Source: Bacteroidales bacterium
GTDB lineage: Bacteria; Bacteroidota; Bacteroidia; Bacteroidales; WCHB1-69
Direction of reading: 5' to 3'
Assembly: GCA_031285725.1 (NCBI GenBank)
Contig: JAITVP010000173.1
Coordinates: forward strand, 1-37,686
DNA: 37,686 nucleotides
Below, one piece after another: positions 24,454-33,714 of the stretch. The notes beneath the pieces are model-generated. The model did no database searches. It saw only the letters and a list, made by a program, of their open reading frames with translations, and was not told the origin of the DNA. The stretch's first letter is position 1. Every line of letters begins with the position of its first letter. Position numbers and translations under genes: made by a program.

Positions 24454-26727
24454 TTACAAGCCAAGTGTTAATGTTACGGTGTTATTTTTGTCGGGTGCGG
24501 ATTGCCGGCGCACCACGCCTTTCCCTATAATTATGGTTTTATATCCCTCTTTTTGTAAACGATAAATCGCATCGGAAGCACTCATCATCAACACATTGGG
24601 AATATTGTTTTCATCATATTCTACCTCTTTCGCCGTCTCGCCCCACGCTCCTCCTTCGGTAATCCCAAGGTTGTAATAATACTCGGGATCGGAAACAATG
24701 CCTTGATTCAATTTCATTTTTCCTTGGATGATCTCAAGTTGCTCGCCCGACACGCTGCGATTGCCTGCGGGAAGCGACACACCGTTCCCTGTACTCACGG
24801 TTTGCACTTTTCCCAAATCGGTCAAACTCATGACTTGCTGCACAATGTGTGCAAACGCATCCACAGCAATAGAGCTTTTTTTGTGCACGTCATAAATGAA
24901 AATGATACACGAATATTGCGGATTTTCGGCGGGAAAATAGCCGCAAAATGATACGCTGTTCCGATTTTTCAGGTAGCCTTTTGTTTCACGATCCCACACG
25001 TCACGGGTTCCGGTTTTGCCGGCAAACGAGTACTTGGCGTTGCGGTACCGACGGGCGGTGCCATGCTCGCCATTCACCACCGACCGTAAATAATTCTGCG
25101 CACGTGCGATTGTGCTGAATTTGCACATCCGCTCCTTTAATACTTCCGCCTCAAACTTTGCAATCGTGTCTTTCCCGTTGATGATGCACTTCACAAACAG
25201 CGGGGCGATCATTTTTCCGTCATTTGCCACGGCGTTGAAATAGGTCAGCGTTTGGATCGGCGTGGTACTGATCCCCGTGCCAAAACAGATGTTGTAGTAG
25301 CTGTGGAAGTCGTCCTCCCGCACCCAGCGTTTGAGGTCGGGTGCGGGCGAAGTGCCAAGGTGCGTGTAGAACGTGGTGCTGATGCCCATGGAGTCTAACT
25401 TATCTAAGTAATCGCTGTATCCTTTGTATCGATCGAAAATCATGGAAGCGATGCCTACGTTGGAAGAGCGCTGGAACGCCTCGATAGGATACGCCCAAGC
25501 CTCGCTTTTTCCCGGCTCGTCGGCTTTGGAATATTTGACCATCCGTCCCGATGGCCGTTTCACTTGGAACGTGTGTGCCAAAATCGGGTATTTTTTCGCC
25601 TCATCGTCTGTTGTTCTATCCAAATACGCCAACAGTGAAGCTAACTTGAACGTGGAACCCGGCTCAACTTGCTTGTTCACAGCAAAGTTCGTAACCTCTT
25701 TATAGAACGTGTGGGAGGAGTCCATGGATGTGAGGTTGGAAATGGCCTTCACCTCACCGGTTTTGACATCCATCACCACGGCACACCCCCAGCCGGCCCA
25801 GTGGTTTCGCAACGTGTAATAGAGTTCGTTTTGCACAATATTCTGAATATCCAAATCCAGCGTGGTGTGCACATCATAGCCGTTTTGCGGCATCGTCTCG
25901 TCCTCCATCGGAATGTCGATCAGACTGACCACCACTTTTTTCTTCGCACCGGGAACACCCCTCAGGAACGTGTCCATCTCGAACTCCAATCCGTTCCATT
26001 TTTTATCATGTTCGTATCCGACAGTTCGTTTCGCCAGATCTCCGTAAGGATTCAACCGTGCCCGCCGCGGATTCAAACTGAGTGATCTTTTGAAATGATC
26101 CTTATCGAAAATGGTGAAACTTGTGATGAAATCAATATCCTCGTCCACAATCCAACTCCGATCGTTATTGGGATTAGAATGATGGATGAGTACGATGGCG
26201 GAATCTCTCAACGCTTGGGTCAATTTCGCTTGATAATAAGCCGCATTTTTGTTAAATCGGGATTTGAAATGGTCATGCATGGCCTGAGCCAACACCTGTA
26301 TGCTGGAATCAATCTGGCTTTCCGTCAAAAACGAGGCTTTATAATCGGGATCCTTCTTTATATTTCTATTATATGTGTCACAATATCGTCTATTGGTAAT
26401 CTTGAAATCCCGACCATCGATGGTTAAATCGTAGATCATGATGGAACTGGCGAGCACTCTCCCTTTGCTGTCGTAGATATCGCCCCGCCGCGGAATCTTC
26501 TCGTTCATCACGACAAAGCAGTTGCAATTGGGGTTTTTAGCCAACGCCAGCGTGTCCCAGCCCGGCACGGTTTTGTCCAAACATTTTTCGCTTTCACCCA
26601 TGAACAGTGAACGATAGCTGATCGCCAGTGTGAGAATACGGACAATACAATACATCGCAAATACGACTAAAATACCGTATATCAAGAACATGCGTCCGTT
26701 AGACTGTTTTACCGCTTTTTGATCCAT
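24454..26727 (-). CDS. ftsI: Class B penicillin-binding protein / septal transpeptidase with C-terminal PASTA-like domain
   Basis: Active-site motifs STFK (PGSTFKLASLL), SSN (QRSSNVGIA) and KTGT (AGKTGTR), with an N-terminal TM anchor. The tail ...IPNVLMMSASDAIYRLQKEGYKTIIIGKGVVRRQSAP... is PASTA-like. Confidence 0.9.
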   Translation of the reverse strand: MDQKAVKQSNGRMFLIYGILVVFAMYCIVRILTLAISYRSLFMGESEKCLDKTVPGWDTLALAKNPNCNCFVVMNEKIPRRGDIYDSKGRVLASSIMIYDLTIDGRDFKITNRRYCDTYNRNIKKDPDYKASFLTESQIDSSIQVLAQAMHDHFKSRFNKNAAYYQAKLTQALRDSAIVLIHHSNPNNDRSWIVDEDIDFITSFTIFDKDHFKRSLSLNPRRARLNPYGDLAKRTVGYEHDKKWNGLEFEMDTFLRGVPGAKKKVVVSLIDIPMEDETMPQNGYDVHTTLDLDIQNIVQNELYYTLRNHWAGWGCAVVMDVKTGEVKAISNLTSMDSSHTFYKEVTNFAVNKQVEPGSTFKLASLLAYLDRTTDDEAKKYPILAHTFQVKRPSGRMVKYSKADEPGKSEAWAYPIEAFQRSSNVGIASMIFDRYKGYSDYLDKLDSMGISTTFYTHLGTSPAPDLKRWVREDDFHSYYNICFGTGISTTPIQTLTYFNAVANDGKMIAPLFVKCIINGKDTIAKFEAEVLKERMCKFSTIARAQNYLRSVVNGEHGTARRYRNAKYSFAGKTGTRDVWDRETKGYLKNRNSVSFCGYFPAENPQYSCIIFIYDVHKKSSIAVDAFAHIVQQVMSLTDLGKVQTVSTGNGVSLPAGNRSVSGEQLEIIQGKMKLNQGIVSDPEYYYNLGITEGGAWGETAKEVEYDENNIPNVLMMSASDAIYRLQKEGYKTIIIGKGVVRRQSAPDKNNTVTLTLGL

Positions 26728-27089
26728 TATCTTCTTTTCTTTTCGCTTTGAACAGGTATTTTATACAACCGATCTTCCTCTTTCTCAAACCCTTCTTCCC
26801 GCAAGAGCTGCATCAGTTTTTCCGCTGAGTCGTAGGGCAGAAACTCATTTTGTTTTTTAATTTTGGAAACCGTACTTTTATATCGTTTATCAATGTTATC
26901 CAATTTTTTCTCTTTCCGAGCGATCCAAATATCATTGGCGATCGTGATGGCGGCTAACAAAAAGAGCAACAGAAAGTAAGGATAAAATTGCACCACCTTT
27001 TTATGCAGCAGGAAATCCCCACCCATAAAAGTCCAAAAGGCACTCCTTTTTTCCTCTTTTTCTTTTGTTTTTTGTTTCTTTTGTCGCAT
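26727..27089 (-). CDS. FtsL-like small cell-division membrane protein
   Basis: Basic N-terminus MRQKKQKTKEKEEKR, a single TM (FYPYFLLLFLLAAITIA), then a coiled region. It sits between rsmH and ftsI, and its stop overlaps the ftsI ATG (TAATG). The track start at 27125 is TTG; the ATG at 27089 is preferred. Confidence 0.7.
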   Translation of the reverse strand: MRQKKQKTKEKEEKRSAFWTFMGGDFLLHKKVVQFYPYFLLLFLLAAITIANDIWIARKEKKLDNIDKRYKSTVSKIKKQNEFLPYDSAEKLMQLLREEGFEKEEDRLYKIPVQSEKKRR

Positions 27090-27154
27090 GATATATATTT
27101 TAGTAAACAAGAGACGAGTTAACAAGTGGACAGAGGGAGAGTCTTGTCAACCTA

Positions 27155-28075
27155 TTAACTTGCCAACTCGTCAACTTTCTTCACCGCTATTCTCATCTTT
27201 GCACTTCGCGCCCGTGGATTGTTTTCAATTTCCTCCTCGCCGGGCACTTGCGCCTTCGACACCACCGAGGTGAACGGTGTGATGGGATTTCCATAAAAAT
27301 CCTTCTCGATTTTCCCTTCTAAATTCCCCGATTTCATGTAATTTTTCACCAACCGGTCTTCCAACGAATGGTAAGCGATCGTCACTAATTTTCCTCCCGG
27401 CTTGAGTGCCTCGGCTGTTTGCAACAGAAACTTCTCAATCACCTCTATCTCTGCATTCACCTCAATACGAAGTGATTGGAAGAGTTTGGACAATATTTTA
27501 TTCTCTTTATGAGCCGGCATTAATGGACGAAGGCTCTCCACCAACTCAGAAGTGGTGGTTATTTTTTTCGCACTTCGGTCGGCCGCGATTTTCGCCGCAA
27601 TCTTCCGCGCATTGCTTAACTCGCCGTATTGGAAAAAGATCTTTGCCAACTTCTGTTCGGGATAATCGTTGATGATGTCGCTTGCCGTAATGCCCCGGGT
27701 CGGATTCATCCGCATGTCTAATTGTCCGTTAAAACGATAGGAAAATCCTCGTTCCGGCGTATCAAACTGGAAAGAAGATACGCCGAAGTCGGCCAAAATG
27801 CCGTCCACTGGAAAGCAGTTATGGTAGCGCAAAAATTTGTTAAGAAAGGAGAAATTATAGGGAATGAAGATGAAATGTGGATCATCCAGTACGTTTTTCC
27901 CGCTGTCTGGATCTTGGTCGAAAGCGATCAGTTTCCCCGCCGGTCCGAGTTGTTCCAAGATAGCCCGCGAATGCCCACCCCCTCCGAACGTTACGTCAAC
28001 ATAAATCCCATTGGGATCGGTGACGAGTGCTGCGACCGTCTCTTTCAATAAAACCGGTTGATGATAGGTGGACAT
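27155..28075 (-). CDS. rsmH: 16S rRNA (cytosine1402-N4)-methyltransferase
   Basis: YHQPVLLKE, DVTFGGGGHS, AFDQDPD, DFGVSSFQFD, IAYHSLEDRLVKN, RARSAKMR. Confidence 0.95.
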   Translation of the reverse strand: MSTYHQPVLLKETVAALVTDPNGIYVDVTFGGGGHSRAILEQLGPAGKLIAFDQDPDSGKNVLDDPHFIFIPYNFSFLNKFLRYHNCFPVDGILADFGVSSFQFDTPERGFSYRFNGQLDMRMNPTRGITASDIINDYPEQKLAKIFFQYGELSNARKIAAKIAADRSAKKITTTSELVESLRPLMPAHKENKILSKLFQSLRIEVNAEIEVIEKFLLQTAEALKPGGKLVTIAYHSLEDRLVKNYMKSGNLEGKIEKDFYGNPITPFTSVVSKAQVPGEEEIENNPRARSAKMRIAVKKVDELAS

Positions 28076-28557
28076 TAATTATCGTTTATGGGGTTATTGA
28101 GATCGTCTTTGTTTCGTCTGTCAATCTCTTGGTTCAACAGACTAAACTCAAGCGGCGACATGTCAAACTCATTGTTGTATTCGTTTAGATCCCAGACCTC
28201 GATTTGTCCGCTCGCCAATACCAACACGACCTCTTTTTTCAGATTATAACCTTCCAGCAAAGGTTTCGGGATGACAAACCTGTCTTGCGCATCAATGTCC
28301 ACACGGGTAAGGTTTCGGAGGAAAGCATTGCGGTATTTTCGGGCATCGATATCATTTGGGTTGAGTTTGTCGAGTTCCTTCATCTTGCTGTTAAAAGCAC
28401 CCGCTGTCCAAAGCATCACGTGCTTGCCGAAACCGTGGGTGATCCACAGCTCTTGCCGCTCGTCTTCGGGCAATGCCTTCACCAGCGCGCTTGGAAGCTT
28501 TAATCTCCCCTGCTTCTCGATGCTTACTTCCCAATAACCATACTTCGGAACGGACAT
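28075..28557 (-). CDS. mraZ: Transcriptional regulator MraZ
   Basis: First gene of dcw. Two SpoVT/AbrB-like halves are present (GRLKLPSAL..., DRFVIPKPLL...). The stop overlaps the rsmH ATG. Confidence 0.9.
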   Translation of the reverse strand: MSVPKYGYWEVSIEKQGRLKLPSALVKALPEDERQELWITHGFGKHVMLWTAGAFNSKMKELDKLNPNDIDARKYRNAFLRNLTRVDIDAQDRFVIPKPLLEGYNLKKEVVLVLASGQIEVWDLNEYNNEFDMSPLEFSLLNQEIDRRNKDDLNNPINDN

Positions 28558-28580
28558 AATTTTGCAAGTTTTAAACCCGA

Positions 28581-28588
28581 CAAAACTA
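28581..28588 (-). promoter_or_regulatory. -7 promoter box TAgtTTTG for mraZ/dcw
   Basis: The plus strand reads caaaacta, 23 nt upstream of the mraZ ATG. Confidence 0.45.
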
Positions 28589-28834
28589 CAGAAATTATTT
28601 CAACAATTCCATAGAAAATTGTAAAATATGATTATTTACTAATTTTATTAATGTAATTTATTGAAAATCAATCAGGAATAATTTGGAGTAATTCATTTAT
28701 CTATAATTAGATATTGCTTATCTTATTGATTTACTAACAATTATATACTCACTCGTTTTTACGCTAATAAATAATTGATTATAAGTATGATATATTAAAT
28801 TTCACATCTAATAATAAAACTAAATTAAAAATTC

Positions 28835-28859
28835 ATGGAAAAAAATGGAGCAAAATGGA
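28835..28859. promoter_or_regulatory. Three ATGGA boxes in exact 10-bp phase (candidate operator)
   Basis: attcATGGAaaaaaATGGAgcaaaATGGAc, with boxes at 28835, 28845 and 28855. Confidence 0.3.
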
Positions 28860-28990
28860 CATTTAAAGAAATCACTTAGGAGTATCGCTAAAAATTTCAA
28901 TTGACAATTATCAAGAGGAATTTTCTTTTTTTGAACAGAAGAAAGTTGATAAGGTTTACTTGAGCTCTTTTCTGTTCACTATTGACCAAT

Positions 28991-29030
28991 AAAAAAAGTC
29001 TATAATGGATGAACATTATAGACTTTTTTT
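28991..29030. terminator. Bidirectional rho-independent terminator downstream of tRNA-Asp
   Basis: A7 run, an 11-bp perfect stem agtctataatg / cattatagact, a 6-nt loop, then a T6 run. Confidence 0.7.
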
Positions 29031-29060
29031 ATTTGAGTTGTCGTCTTCTGACTTACCTCT

Positions 29061-29138
29061 TGGCGGTCCGGACGGGACTCGAACCCGCGACCCCGTGCGT
29101 GACAGGCACGTATTCTAACCAAACTGAACTACCGAACC
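29061..29138 (-). tRNA. tRNA-Asp (anticodon GTC), CCA encoded
   Basis: The reverse complement GGTTCGGTAGTTCAGTTTGGTTAGAATACGTGCCTGTCACGCACGGGGTCGCGGGTTCGAGTCCCGTCCGGACCGCCA folds into a cloverleaf with anticodon loop CTGTCAC. Confidence 0.9.
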
Positions 29139-29156
29139 ATGTTTCAATTTCGTGGG

Positions 29157-29164
29157 CAAAAATA
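29157..29164 (-). promoter_or_regulatory. -7 promoter box TAttTTTG for tRNA-Asp
   Basis: The plus strand reads caaaaata, 18 nt upstream of the mature tRNA 5' end. Confidence 0.45.
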
Positions 29165-29429
29165 CACTTTTTTTGTTTTTATAAAACAAGGATGGCCTAT
29201 TTTCTTTGAATATTGTTATATATAATTGATAATTAGAGATATAAAAAAATAAAGATAAAGAATATCTTGAGAAAATAATGATTGGATACGACACCAATCG
29301 CCTTGTTCTTCATGTGATTTGGAAGAATTTATGGAGTTTTAAGGGAATAATATTTTAGAAAGAAGTTTGTTTAACTGTTGAGATGTTTGGACGTTTAGTT
29401 GACAAGTAAATAAGTAGATAATATCAATC

Positions 29430-30005
29430 ATGCGAAAATTTTTCTTCTTCATTTTCCTCTCCTTAGGAATTTCCATGTCGGCACAATCTTTTCAGGAAAA
29501 GTTGGTAGCGGAGGCATATCAACTTACTTATCAAAATGTTGTGTACGATCCCGCCTACGTGGTTATTCCTTATCCGAATGGGGATGTGCTGGCGGGGCGT
29601 GGGGTTTGCACAGATGTCGTCATTCGAGCCTACCGGAAAATGGGTATTGATCTGCAGAAAGAAGTTCATGAGGATATGAAGGCGAATTTCAATCTCTATC
29701 CCAAAAATTGGGGTTTATCACGACCCGATAAGAATATCGACCACCGTCGAGTGCTTAACCTGATGAGATTTTTTGAAAGGCATGGCACCACACTACCTAT
29801 TACCCAAAACAATACGGATTATAAACCCGGTGATATCGTTTGCTGGGATTTGGGAGGCGGTGCGTTGCATATCGGCATCGTCTCGGATCGCAAAATTGCC
29901 AATACCAACCGTTATGGTATCGTCCACAATGTCGGGGCTGGACAGGTGCATGAGGATTTTCTGTTTGAATATAAAATCATCGGACATTACAAATATGATG
30001 GTTAA
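29430..30005 (+). CDS. DUF1287-domain secreted protein
   Basis: Signal peptide MRKFFFFIFLSLGISMSAQS. The body ...YDPAYVVIPYPNGDV..GRGVCTDVVIRAYRKMGIDLQKEVHEDM....YPK.WGL.RPDKNIDHRRV.NL..FF.RHG matches my recollection of DUF1287. Confidence 0.7.
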   Translation: MRKFFFFIFLSLGISMSAQSFQEKLVAEAYQLTYQNVVYDPAYVVIPYPNGDVLAGRGVCTDVVIRAYRKMGIDLQKEVHEDMKANFNLYPKNWGLSRPDKNIDHRRVLNLMRFFERHGTTLPITQNNTDYKPGDIVCWDLGGGALHIGIVSDRKIANTNRYGIVHNVGAGQVHEDFLFEYKIIGHYKYDG

Positions 30006-30053
30006 TTAGGATAAGCAGCATAAACCATCATGAATCATTAACCATTGTTTTCC

Positions 30054-30061
30054 TATTTTTG
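30054..30061 (+). promoter_or_regulatory. -7 promoter box TAttTTTG
   Basis: tatttttg lies 20 nt upstream of the ATG at 30082. Confidence 0.5.
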
Positions 30062-30081
30062 CGCCCCAATTATATGAGCCG

Positions 30082-31530
30082 ATGATGAGAAAAGTTTTAT
30101 CTTGTTTTATAATGATTATCAGTATTTTATTTTTTATACCATCTTCTTCTTTTGGCATTGTTTCTGATGAGGAATCAGTGGAAAACGCGCGAAAGAAGAC
30201 ACGGTGGGGGTGGTTGCGGCGAGACACGCTGTTCGTCAACCAGAAACTAACCACGTCCGATTATGCTTTGCCCATCAACGAAAACTGGGGTGTAAACGTG
30301 GGCGGGTTCATCTGTACCGACCTGTTTTGGGACAACCGTTTGATGGTGGACGCACGCGATGGCGGTATCCTCCTTTATCCGACCGCTTTCCGACCAGACA
30401 TCAATAACCGGGACATCAACGCCACGCCATCATTCAACTTGCTGGCGATGAACAGCCGGATCTCCCTAAGAATTTCAGTTCCCTCGGTATGGAGTGCAAA
30501 TATCAGCGGATTTATGGAAGGTTGGTTCATGGGTGTGTCGAACACGGGGCTGAACGGTTTCGCTTTGCGCCACTCTTATATCAAAATGGACTGGGAAAAA
30601 ACCGCTTTGCTCGTGGGACAAACTTGGCATCCGATGTTCACTGAAAATTGTTTCGCCTCCACGTTAGCGGCCAGCACAGGCGCACCTTTCCAACCGTTCT
30701 CAAGGGCACCCCAAATTCGCTTCACACAAAAATTTGGAAAAGCATTGCGGTTGATGGCATATGCAAACACACAACTTGACCACTCCTCCACCGGATTCGA
30801 GGGTGCCTCATCACAATATTTGCGGCACAGCTCGATCCCCGAAATGGGATTGCAATTCCAATATGGGAAATTTAAGAACTATGATGAGGGAAAAACATCC
30901 ACTCTCTTTCTCATTGGCATAGGTGTGGATTACAAACGTTTGACTCCCAGATTGGTGACGGGAGAGAATAAATATACCAAAAAGGGCGTGGATTGCGGTG
31001 CCGCAATCTTGTTCACTCATTACAAATACAGCATTGAAGCTTCGGAAATGAAAAAGAAAAGAAGCTTCGGCGTGAAAGCCAAGGGATTCTACGGCGGAGG
31101 TTGTAACGAAATGCTGATGATCGGCGGCTATGCGGTGAAAAAATACAACGATGGAGAACTCAGTTATGATGACGATTTCGGGTATATGGCGTTGAATATG
31201 TTATCAGGATGGCTTGATCTGTACATGGAACTGGGCAACTGGGAGTTTGGCATTTTCAGCGGATATTGCAAAAATCTGGGAGCTTATCAAAAAATACAAG
31301 ATTCAAATAATCTTTTGTCTTACTGGGGTAGGGGAATTGGTGTCAATCAGCTCTATCGGGCGAGTATGCGGGCAAAATACAACATCGGAAAATTACAGAT
31401 GGGCTTTGAGCCCGAATACACGCTGGCGAGCTATGGTAGTCAATTCGACGACTATGGGAAAGTAGTGAAAAACAGCACTGATATTGTCCATGGAGTCAGG
31501 TTGTTACTTTCGGCAACGCTGTTTTTTTAA
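30082..31530 (+). CDS. Putative outer-membrane beta-barrel (porin-like) protein
   Basis: It has a signal peptide, alternating-hydrophobicity strands throughout, and a C-terminal ...VRLLLSATLFF ending in aromatic residues as in OMP beta-signals. No specific family recognised. Confidence 0.55.
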   Translation: MMRKVLSCFIMIISILFFIPSSSFGIVSDEESVENARKKTRWGWLRRDTLFVNQKLTTSDYALPINENWGVNVGGFICTDLFWDNRLMVDARDGGILLYPTAFRPDINNRDINATPSFNLLAMNSRISLRISVPSVWSANISGFMEGWFMGVSNTGLNGFALRHSYIKMDWEKTALLVGQTWHPMFTENCFASTLAASTGAPFQPFSRAPQIRFTQKFGKALRLMAYANTQLDHSSTGFEGASSQYLRHSSIPEMGLQFQYGKFKNYDEGKTSTLFLIGIGVDYKRLTPRLVTGENKYTKKGVDCGAAILFTHYKYSIEASEMKKKRSFGVKAKGFYGGGCNEMLMIGGYAVKKYNDGELSYDDDFGYMALNMLSGWLDLYMELGNWEFGIFSGYCKNLGAYQKIQDSNNLLSYWGRGIGVNQLYRASMRAKYNIGKLQMGFEPEYTLASYGSQFDDYGKVVKNSTDIVHGVRLLLSATLFF

Positions 31531-31569
31531 AGGAAAAGGCGCAAAAGAGAAAGAGAAGGGAAAAATGTT

Positions 31570-31577
31570 TATATTTG
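31570..31577 (+). promoter_or_regulatory. -7 promoter box TAtaTTTG for mreB
   Basis: tatatttg lies 25 nt upstream of the ATG at 31603. Confidence 0.5.
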
Positions 31578-31602
31578 CAACCTTTTAATAATACAGAAAA
31601 GA

Positions 31603-32625
31603 ATGGGTTTGTTTACGATTTTCACCAAAGAATTAGCTATAGATTTGGGTACCGCTAACACGGTTATATTGCATAATGACAAGGTTGTGGTGGACGAACC
31701 GTCGATCATCGCCATCGACCGCACGTCCGGATCGGTGATGGCGGTAGGGAAAAAGGCGCTGATGATGCATGGGAAAGTGCACGACAACATCAAGACCATC
31801 AGGCCGTTGAAAGATGGGGTGATTGCCGACTTCAAATCCACAGAGTTGATGTTACGCGAGTTTATCCACATGGCAGGCACAAAAGGTTATTTTTTCCCGC
31901 CATCGTTGAAAATGGTAATCTGCATTCCCTCGGGTATCACCGAAGTAGAAGAGCGGGCCGTGCGTGATTCGGCGGAACAGGCCGGTGCCAAAGAAGTGCG
32001 GATGATCCACGAACCGATGGCTGCTGCTATCGGTATCGGCATTGATGTGCTGGACGCCAACGGTAACATGATCATCGACATCGGCGGCGGAACGAGCGAA
32101 ATTGCTGTGCTGGCGCTGGGCGGTATCGTCACCAGCAAGTCTATCAAAACGGCTGGCGATGAGTTCAACTACGACATCCAGGAATACATGCGTAAAAAAC
32201 ACAATATAGCTATCGGGGAATCAATGTCTGAACAAATCAAGATCAATGTGGGTTCCGCCATCGAAGACCTGGATAATTCGCCGGAAGATTATGAGGTTTT
32301 CGGTCGTGATTTGTTGCAAGGCATCCCGATCTCAGTGAAAGTGAATTACCGCGAGATCGCCCAGGCACTCGACCGCTCGATCTCCAAAATCGAAGCCGCC
32401 GTGATCAATGCGCTGGAAAACACCCCGCCGGAATTGTCGGCCGACATTTACAAAACCGGTATTTACATGGCCGGGGGCGGTTCGTTGTTGCGCGGCTTGG
32501 ATAAACGCATCTCTAAGAAAACCAAGTTGAAAGTGCATGTGGCGGAAGATCCGTTGAAAGCAGTGGCTCGCGGTACTTCTATCGCCTTGAAAAACTTTGA
32601 TAAATTCCCATTCCTTATTAAGTAA
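31603..32625 (+). CDS. mreB: Rod-shape-determining actin homologue MreB
   Basis: LAIDLGTANTVI, IRPLKDGVIADF, IIDIGGGTSEIAVL, GIYMAGGGSLLRGLDK. 340 aa. Confidence 0.95.
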   Translation: MGLFTIFTKELAIDLGTANTVILHNDKVVVDEPSIIAIDRTSGSVMAVGKKALMMHGKVHDNIKTIRPLKDGVIADFKSTELMLREFIHMAGTKGYFFPPSLKMVICIPSGITEVEERAVRDSAEQAGAKEVRMIHEPMAAAIGIGIDVLDANGNMIIDIGGGTSEIAVLALGGIVTSKSIKTAGDEFNYDIQEYMRKKHNIAIGESMSEQIKINVGSAIEDLDNSPEDYEVFGRDLLQGIPISVKVNYREIAQALDRSISKIEAAVINALENTPPELSADIYKTGIYMAGGGSLLRGLDKRISKKTKLKVHVAEDPLKAVARGTSIALKNFDKFPFLIK

Positions 32626-32636
32626 TCGACTTTTTT

Positions 32637-33695
32637 ATGAAAAAAATATTGATCACCGGTGGAGCAGGATTCATTGGTTCCCATGTTGTTAGACGTTTTG
32701 TGAATCATTATCCCCAGTATGAAATCTATAATCTTGACAAATTGACTTATTGCGGAAATCTTGAAAATCTGAAAGATATTGAAGACAAACCCAACTACCA
32801 CTTTATCAAAGCCGATATTGTGGACGGAGACACCATAATCCGTCTTTTCGAGGAACACCGTTTTGATGGCGTGATCCACTTGGCTGCCGAATCACACGTG
32901 GATCGTTCCATCACTAACCCGATGGAGTTTATTCACACCAATATCATTGGCACGGTCAATTTGTTAGCTGCGGCACGTAACTGCTGGAAAGAGAACACGG
33001 AAGGGAAGCTTTTCTATCATATTTCTACCGATGAGGTATACGGTAGTTTGGGCGAGACCGGTGCTTTCACCGAAATAACACCTTACGATCCCCACAGTCC
33101 CTACTCCGCATCCAAAGCTTGCTCCGACCATTTTGTGAGAGTGTACCACGACACGTATAAACTGCCGATCGTCATTTCGAATTGTTCCAACAACTACGGG
33201 CCAAATCAGTTTCCAGAGAAGTTAATCCCACTCTTTATCAATAACATAAAACAAGAAAAAAACTTACCGGTTTACGGTAAAGGTATCAATGTGCGCGATT
33301 GGCTCTATGTGGAAGACCATGCGGAAGCGATCGACACGATTTTTCATAGAGGACGGAATGGCGAGACCTATAATATCGGTGGAAACAACGAATGGAAGAA
33401 CATCGACCTGATCCATAAATTGATCGAAATTATGGATCGGAAACTGGACAGACCAGACGGTTATTCGTTGAAATTGATCACAAATGTGACAGACCGTGCC
33501 GGCCATGATCTCCGCTACGCCATCGATGCCACCAAACTCAAAACAGAATTGGGCTGGGAACCCCACATCAAATTTACCGAAGGCTTCGAAATGACCGTAG
33601 ATTGGTATCTCTCCAACGAAAAATGGCTCGAAAATGTCACTTCGGGAGCGTATCAGTTTTATTATGAAAAAGAAGTGATGAGAAAATTTAATTAG
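32637..33695 (+). CDS. rfbB: dTDP-glucose 4,6-dehydratase
   Basis: MKKILITGGAGFIGSHVV, STDEVYG, YSASKA (YxxxK), NNYGPNQFPEKLIP. Confidence 0.9.
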   Translation: MKKILITGGAGFIGSHVVRRFVNHYPQYEIYNLDKLTYCGNLENLKDIEDKPNYHFIKADIVDGDTIIRLFEEHRFDGVIHLAAESHVDRSITNPMEFIHTNIIGTVNLLAAARNCWKENTEGKLFYHISTDEVYGSLGETGAFTEITPYDPHSPYSASKACSDHFVRVYHDTYKLPIVISNCSNNYGPNQFPEKLIPLFINNIKQEKNLPVYGKGINVRDWLYVEDHAEAIDTIFHRGRNGETYNIGGNNEWKNIDLIHKLIEIMDRKLDRPDGYSLKLITNVTDRAGHDLRYAIDATKLKTELGWEPHIKFTEGFEMTVDWYLSNEKWLENVTSGAYQFYYEKEVMRKFN

Positions 33696-33714
33696 CAGTT
33701 AACAGCTGATAATT

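Noticed and set aside
29009-29297. ORFs 29009-29209 (+) and 29115-29297 (-)
   Set aside because: Both overlap tRNA-Asp and its terminator or promoter in an AT-rich spacer.
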